Assembly (NCBI GenBank): GCA_963726455.1
Contig: CAVSCK010000004.1
Location: forward strand, 1,088,001-1,152,000
Reading direction: 5' to 3'
Source of the DNA: an uncultured bacterium
GTDB taxonomy: Bacteria > Zixibacteria > MSB-5A5 > CAIYYT01
Length of the DNA stretch: 64,000 nucleotides
In this document: positions 59,086-64,000 of the stretch, piece by piece
Numbering within the stretch: the first letter of the stretch is position 1
Layout: the number at the start of each line of letters is the position of its first letter
Notes under the pieces: model-generated
Databases searched by the model: none
The model's input: only the letters and a program-made list of their open reading frames with translations
What the model was told of the DNA's origin: nothing
Translations under genes and position numbers: made by a program

Positions 59086-60552
59086 TCAATACATCATGCG
59101 GTAGTTGGGAGCTTCCTTGCTGATTGTTACATCATGAGGATGGCTCTCCCGCATACCCGCCGTGCTTATTCTAATAAACTTCGACCCCATACGCAAAGAC
59201 TCAATATCCTTTGCTCCACAAAGTCCCATGCCCGACCGCAATCCGCCGACCAGTTGGAAAACCAGATCAGCCAGGGGGCCTTTATACGGAACTCTGCCCT
59301 CAATCCCCTCCGGCACCAATTTGGTCATATCCTCGGTAGTTTCCTGGAAATAGCGGTCTTTTGCCCCGTCCTTCATGGCGCCGATGGAACCCATGCCCCG
59401 GTAGACCTTAAAGCTTCTTCCTTCGAGGAGAATGGTCTCTCCGGGCGACTCCTCGGTACCCGCCAACAGCGAACCGATCATCACGCAATGCGCGCCCGCC
59501 GCCAACGCTTTACAGATATCTCCGGAGTAGCGCACGCCGCCGTCACCGATAATCGGGACATCGTTTTTCGCTGCCACTTCGGCGGCATCCATGATCGCCG
59601 TAACCTGCGGCACCCCACCGCCGGTAATTACGCGGGTCGTGCAGATTGCGCCCGGTCCGATTCCGACTTTGACCGCATCGGCGCCCGCATCTATGAGTGC
59701 CCTGGTTCCGTCGGCGGTGGCAACGTTTCCTGCCACCAAATCGATCTCCGGGAATCTCTTCTTGACCATTTTGGCCGCTTCAATTACTGCCTTGCTGTGT
59801 CCGTGCGAGCTGTCGAGCACCAGCAGATCCGCGCCGGCTGCGACAATCGCCTCGGCGCGCGGAATCAAATCACTCCCCGTGCCGATAGCCGCGCCCACAC
59901 ACAATCTTCCCCGTCCGTCCTTGCAGGCGTTCGGATAGCGTAGCTTCTTCATGATATCTTTGACCGTGATCATGCCCTTGAGGTTCATCTGATCATCGAC
60001 GATGGGCAGCTTCTCAATTCGATGGGCGTGCAGAATCTCTTTGGCCTGCTCAAGCGTCGTACCCTCACGAACGGTGATCAGGTGTTCTTTTGTCATCACA
60101 TCCGACACCGACGTCTGCAGTGCGGGATGAAAACGCAGGTCCCTGTTCGTTAGGATACCAACCAGCCGGCTGCCTTCCACAATCGGAATGCCGGAGATTG
60201 CATACCGCTGCATCAATTCCAGGGCATCCCCGATGGTCTTGTCACGCGTCAGCGTGATCGGGCTGACAATCATTCCTGCTTCCGAACGTTTGACCTTGTC
60301 GACTTCCTCGGCCTGCTTCACAATCGACATATTCTTGTGGATAATTCCCACACCGCCTTCACGGGAGATTGCTATCGCCAGGTCAGCTTCCGTTACCGTA
60401 TCCATCGCCGCGGAAATGATCGGAATGTTCATTTTGATGTTGCGCGTCAGCCGGGTCGCAACATTCACCTCGCGCGGATGGATCTCGGCCAACTGCGGCA
60501 CGATCAACACGTCGTCGAACGTCAAGCCATGTTCAGGAAGAATTTGCGCCAA
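59086..60552 (-). CDS. guaB: IMP dehydrogenase
   Basis: [18 protein letters not shown] pair, [17 protein letters not shown] and PEGIEG motifs. Confidence 0.97.
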   Translation of the reverse strand: MAQILPEHGLTFDDVLIVPQLAEIHPREVNVATRLTRNIKMNIPIISAAMDTVTEADLAIAISREGGVGIIHKNMSIVKQAEEVDKVKRSEAGMIVSPITLTRDKTIGDALELMQRYAISGIPIVEGSRLVGILTNRDLRFHPALQTSVSDVMTKEHLITVREGTTLEQAKEILHAHRIEKLPIVDDQMNLKGMITVKDIMKKLRYPNACKDGRGRLCVGAAIGTGSDLIPRAEAIVAAGADLLVLDSSHGHSKAVIEAAKMVKKRFPEIDLVAGNVATADGTRALIDAGADAVKVGIGPGAICTTRVITGGGVPQVTAIMDAAEVAAKNDVPIIGDGGVRYSGDICKALAAGAHCVMIGSLLAGTEESPGETILLEGRSFKVYRGMGSIGAMKDGAKDRYFQETTEDMTKLVPEGIEGRVPYKGPLADLVFQLVGGLRSGMGLCGAKDIESLRMGSKFIRISTAGMRESHPHDVTISKEAPNYRMMY

Positions 60553-60556
60553 AGTC

Positions 60557-61267
60557 TTATTCGTCTCCCTCCCAGATCAGGATCCGGCCGCACGAAGCAC
60601 AAGTCTCGATCGTGTTGCCTTTCTTGATCTGCTGGATTTTCTGCGGTGGTTGTGCCTTAAAACACTCGCCACAGGCGCCGCGGCGTAACGCAACGACGAC
60701 ATCGCCGCCACGTCCTCTGCGCACTCGTTCATAAGTCGACATCGCCGACTTGGAAACCTTCGTCACCAAATGATCGCGATACGCTTCTTTCTCATCCATC
60801 TTGCCTTGGACCGAATCGATCTGCAATTGCAGTTCTTTCAGGCGCTGCGAATTTTCCGTCTGGATGCGCGTACTGTCTTCTTCAAGCTGCAGTACCGCCG
60901 CCTTGAGCGAATCGATCTCACCGAGCAATTCCAGGTAATGCTCTTCATCCTTGGATACGTCTGTCTTTGTCGTCTCGATCTGCGCTACCAGAGCATCGTA
61001 TTCCTTATTGGTTTTGATCGTCAGCATCTGTTCCTGGTACTTTTCGTGCTGCTCTTTGCCCTGGCTAATCTTGAGTTCCAATTCCTTGACTTCCAACTGA
61101 GCTTCCTGCAGCCGGCCTTTCTTCTGAATCAGATCACCGGCCACCGTGGCCATTTGATCCTCCAGATTCCTCATCATGTCCGGCAGAAATTCCTTGGATC
61201 GCTCCAGTTCTCCGATCCAATAGTCAATGTCTTGCAGCTCCTTTAGAAGCCTAATGTCTTCATGCAT
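60557..61267 (-). CDS. Coiled-coil protein with C-terminal C4 zinc ribbon (zf-RING_7/CT398-like)
   Basis: [19 protein letters not shown] and [12 protein letters not shown] motifs. Confidence 0.88.
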   Translation of the reverse strand: MHEDIRLLKELQDIDYWIGELERSKEFLPDMMRNLEDQMATVAGDLIQKKGRLQEAQLEVKELELKISQGKEQHEKYQEQMLTIKTNKEYDALVAQIETTKTDVSKDEEHYLELLGEIDSLKAAVLQLEEDSTRIQTENSQRLKELQLQIDSVQGKMDEKEAYRDHLVTKVSKSAMSTYERVRRGRGGDVVVALRRGACGECFKAQPPQKIQQIKKGNTIETCASCGRILIWEGDE

Positions 61268-61307
61268 CTATGCACGCCTCCGGTCTCGATCGCCCCAGCC
61301 AAGTGAT

Positions 61308-61334
61308 AAAAAAAACGCACTGTTCGCGCAGTGC
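61308..61334 (-). terminator. Terminator of the tRNA operon
   Basis: GCACTG/CAGTGC stem followed by a T8 run on the minus strand. Confidence 0.7.
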
Positions 61335-61427
61335 ATCTTAATAAAACCCGTTATGTCTTCTTTGCTGATCGATCGAGTCTCTTGGTTTCCCGTCAAAGTC
61401 GCCAACCTACCTCGTCACGGTTACTTA

Positions 61428-61504
61428 TGGTGGGCAATACTGGATTTGAACCAGTGACCTCTCGGATGTGAACCGAACGCTCTAACCAGCTGAGCTAATT
61501 GCCC
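61428..61504 (-). tRNA. tRNA-Val(CAC)
   Basis: GGGCAAT acceptor stem, TAGCTCAGCTGG D-arm, anticodon loop TT-CAC-AT, GTTCAAATC T-loop and encoded CCA. Confidence 0.95.
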
Positions 61505-61513
61505 AATTTACTC

Positions 61514-61587
61514 TGGGCCCACCAGGACTTGAACCTGGGACCCACTGATTATGAGTCAGTTGCTCTAACCAGCTGAGCTATGGGCCC
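61514..61587 (-). tRNA. tRNA-Ile2(CAU, lysidine type; may be auto-called Met)
   Basis: GGGCCCA acceptor stem and anticodon arm CTGAC-T-CAT-AA-TCAG typical of Ile2. CCA is not encoded. Confidence 0.9.
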
Positions 61588-61606
61588 AACTATGTTCAAG
61601 CTTTTT

Positions 61607-61635
61607 ACTATAATCGCCTCTACACCCCTTGTCAA
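61607..61635 (-). promoter_or_regulatory. Sigma70-type promoter of the tRNA operon
   Basis: TTGACA-N17-TATAGT, 20 nt upstream of tRNA-Ile2. Confidence 0.75.
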
Positions 61636-62229
61636 GAGTAATTCTAACAAAATACTGTCCAACTGTGGCTCGTCAACTTAACTGCAACCAACAACTTGAA
61701 TTATGCTCGGCTAGTGAATCGCCGGGTGAAGCCGTAAGCATCGAGCTTCTGCGCAGACTAGCACGCGAGTACACGGCGGTTGATCGAAACATGTCTGCCA
61801 TGCGCATCGCTGTGGTGGTCGCCGAGAAGACTCCTCAATCTTGTGTGCATTTGCGTGAGGTTGACGGTAGAAACGCGACAACCAAGCTACGTTTCCAATC
61901 CAGGGCAGATCCCAGCGCTCGCTGGGGACCCCGAACTAAACCTGCCGCGCACGCCTGCCAGACTGGCAGAAAAAAACCTGATAATTTTCGTGTAAATTCC
62001 CAAAAAAACGTTTGGATTCGATAAACAGATTACTATACTACGGCGTCTTCACTGCGAGCAACGATAGTTGACGCCCGAGAGCAACTTCGATCCTCCAACT
62101 TGGAAAGACGCTGACTCGGTAGGTCACGCGCAGCGATTAAAACATAACATGCACTATGAACTTCAGGGTTCTGGAGTGCTGTCTACGCGACAGGTTAGGT
62201 CCAACGACCATCTCAACATAGGAGCGACT

Positions 62230-62397
62230 ATGCCCCCGAAGAAACGCTCACGTCGCGAGAGTGTGGTAACGAGCAAACTGTGGGTTCCTTACCGCCTGCA
62301 GTCTCTCACCACCGAACGATTCATCATCATCACCAACAAAATCTTGCAGGGAGAACATATGCTGATTCATCTCCCCAAGGTTTCGGAAATGCCATAG
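62230..62397 (+). CDS. Small basic hypothetical protein (55 aa)
   Basis: AGGAG RBS 5 nt before ATG. Upstream TTGGAT-N16-TATACT promoter-like motif and a structured leader. Confidence 0.4.
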   Translation: MPPKKRSRRESVVTSKLWVPYRLQSLTTERFIIITNKILQGEHMLIHLPKVSEMP

Positions 62398-62425
62398 GAG
62401 GAAAGTAAGCTAGCTGATATTGAAG

Positions 62426-63523
62426 CTATCTGCCGAACGATATACCTAGAGATTCTGCTGCCCTGACTGCTTCGCCATCCGGGTCGACGGCCTTAAAGCC
62501 CCCGATCGCGTCTGCAATCGGAATGCTCGAAATACAACCGCCCCGGTAGCAGACCATGTGGCCGAATTTCTCATCCTTGACCAGGTCAATCGCGGCCTTG
62601 CCAAATCGGGTAGCCACGTAGCGATCGAACGAACAGGGTGAACCACCTCTTTGCAGGTGTCCCAATACCGTGACTCGGGTTTCCATTCCCACCCTCTCTT
62701 CAATCTCCTTGGCTATCGCGATACCGACCCCTCCAAGCTTGGCGTGTATTGTCCCCTTCATTTCAGGATTTATAAGCGTAACTTCGCCATCCTTGGGATA
62801 GGCGCCTTCCGCAACAACTACTATCGCGAAATTCGAACCCCTGCTTCGCCGGGCATGTAACTTGGCACAAATCTTGTCCATGTCGTACGGCACTTCGGGT
62901 ATCAGAATTACGTCTGCTCCGCCCGCAATTCCCGACTCCAGCGCAATCCATCCGACATACCGTCCCATGACCTCCATCACCATTACCCGATGATGGCTGC
63001 TTGCCGTGGTGTGCAATTTGTCGATGGCTTCGGTCGCAGTCACGACTGCCGTCGCAAAGCCGAATGTCACCTCGGTCGCCATCAGGTCATTGTCGATAGT
63101 CTTGGGCACCCCAACTATCTTGACGCCGTATTTGTCCATGAACATCTTCGACACAGACATTGTGCCGTCGCCGCCGATCACAATGAGCGCATCCAACCCG
63201 AGTCCTTTTATTGTCTGAAACACTTTTTCGGAGCGGTCAACTATTTTCACTTCATTGCCTTCTTTGACCCGCCACTCAAAGGGATTGCCGCGATTGGAAG
63301 TGCCAAGAATCGTCCCGCCTTGTGGCAGAATTCCTTTTACTGACTGCGGTGTCAGGTTGATATATCTTTCATCCATCAACCCTTCATATCCGTCCAGAAA
63401 ACCTACCAACACCCAGCCGTACTCATAGCTGGCCGACAGCACCGCCGCTCTGATTACTGCGTTCAGTCCCGGACAGTCACCGCCACCCGTCAATAAGCCG
63501 ATTGTCTTGATACCTGACGTCAA
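62426..63523 (-). CDS. pfkA: 6-phosphofructokinase (group III, GGDG ATP-type)
   Basis: TGGGDCPGLNA, GGTILGTSN, IGGDGT, PKTIDND, EVMGR and LGHLQRGG motifs. Confidence 0.95.
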   Translation of the reverse strand: MTSGIKTIGLLTGGGDCPGLNAVIRAAVLSASYEYGWVLVGFLDGYEGLMDERYINLTPQSVKGILPQGGTILGTSNRGNPFEWRVKEGNEVKIVDRSEKVFQTIKGLGLDALIVIGGDGTMSVSKMFMDKYGVKIVGVPKTIDNDLMATEVTFGFATAVVTATEAIDKLHTTASSHHRVMVMEVMGRYVGWIALESGIAGGADVILIPEVPYDMDKICAKLHARRSRGSNFAIVVVAEGAYPKDGEVTLINPEMKGTIHAKLGGVGIAIAKEIEERVGMETRVTVLGHLQRGGSPCSFDRYVATRFGKAAIDLVKDEKFGHMVCYRGGCISSIPIADAIGGFKAVDPDGEAVRAAESLGISFGR

Positions 63524-63999
63524 TTACCGCTCCCTTGCCTTCGATGCTCATATACCTTATCGACAATTTTCGACACCTGCTCAGATGAAATACCGTAGGC
63601 CTTTCCCAGCTCCGAGAGAATTTCTGACTTGGCTTGCTCAAGATCCTTTGCCCGGATCACCGAGGGCAGCGAAAGGCGCTTCTGCACATACTTGCGGTAG
63701 AGCACCAGTTCGTCGGGAGTCGGTTCTGCTGCGGAATCATTTGCTGCCGCCGCAAGGTCGCCGCGACTCTCAGCCGGCGCCGATGTCGGCTCTGCCACTT
63801 TTTCGGGCACGACTACAGCTTGAGTGGCCGGTGTATCATTGGTCACCACGGCCACCTGCGGTTCCCCTTCCTCCGCTTTCGAAGGCGAGAATGCCTTGGC
63901 CTCGCCCATCCTGGCTCTAAGTTCCTGCTCCAGACTGTCGATTTCCGTCCTCAATGCCGCCGATTTCTGCTTCCATTTGGCGTCCTCTTCCAACGACTG
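63520..63999 (-). CDS. Hypothetical protein (5' partial)
   Basis: The frame is open from the window edge, with a coiled coil and Ala/Pro/Glu linker. The stop overlaps the pfkA start. Confidence 0.65.
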   Translation of the reverse strand, partial: QSLEEDAKWKQKSAALRTEIDSLEQELRARMGEAKAFSPSKAEEGEPQVAVVTNDTPATQAVVVPEKVAEPTSAPAESRGDLAAAANDSAAEPTPDELVLYRKYVQKRLSLPSVIRAKDLEQAKSEILSELGKAYGISSEQVSKIVDKVYEHRRQGSGN

Positions 64000-64000
64000 G

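Noticed and set aside
61901-61942. CAGGGCAGATCCCAGCG..GCTGGGGAC..CTAAACC resembles a c-di-GMP-I (GEMM) riboswitch
   Set aside because: It lacks the GNRA tetraloop, the GCAAAGC junction and a proper P2 stem, so it is only a simple hairpin.
61629-62024. 131-aa plus-strand ORF next to the tRNA genes
   Set aside because: It starts within the tRNA promoter, has no RBS or recognisable motif, and runs through A-tract promoter sequence.
62042-62120. HDV-like or twister ribozyme reading of the structured leader
   Set aside because: A G-U first pair is possible, but there is no P3/L3, P1.1 GG or J4/2 catalytic C arrangement, and no twister UAA/AAGC core.

Overview
A gene-dense bacterial chromosomal window. 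The secreted BNR-repeat protein with a C-terminal dockerin-like YIFxGGxxP domain suggests candidate phylum Zixibacteria or a related FCB lineage (inference). The centrepiece is a 10-gene minus-strand operon at 4966-15098: hdrC-hdrB-hdrA(N-half)-hydC/nuoE-hydB/nuoF-[hydA/nuoG N-domain fused to hdrA(C-half)]-mvhD-mvhG-mvhA-maturation protease. HdrA is split in the middle of its inserted ferredoxin domain by a HydABC-like NAD(H) module, and a perfect Rex/CRP-type palindrome lies inside hdrC. Other content: yitJ-like HMT/MTHFR, pepA, a GAF-SpoIIE phosphatase, an EB_dh-type heme lipoprotein, ahpC/tpx, DUF1015-serA-serC, a TPP riboswitch controlling a TonB-dependent receptor plus SSS transporter, an LTA-synthase-like sulfatase, tyrS, and an acyl-CoA cluster (meaB, isobutyryl-CoA-type mutase icmA/icmB, acyl-CoA dehydrogenase, carboxyltransferase). 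That cluster is interrupted by a NACHT/STAND ATPase locus with an unannotated N-terminal domain and an in-frame TAG. The window ends with recJ, RNase P RNA, guaB, tRNA-Val(CAC), tRNA-Ile2(CAU) and pfkA. Six conserved genes carry 1-bp frameshifts, most likely assembly indels. Two unexplained structured intergenic elements and a dispersed 32-bp palindromic repeat were also seen. No CRISPR array, transposase or integrase was found.
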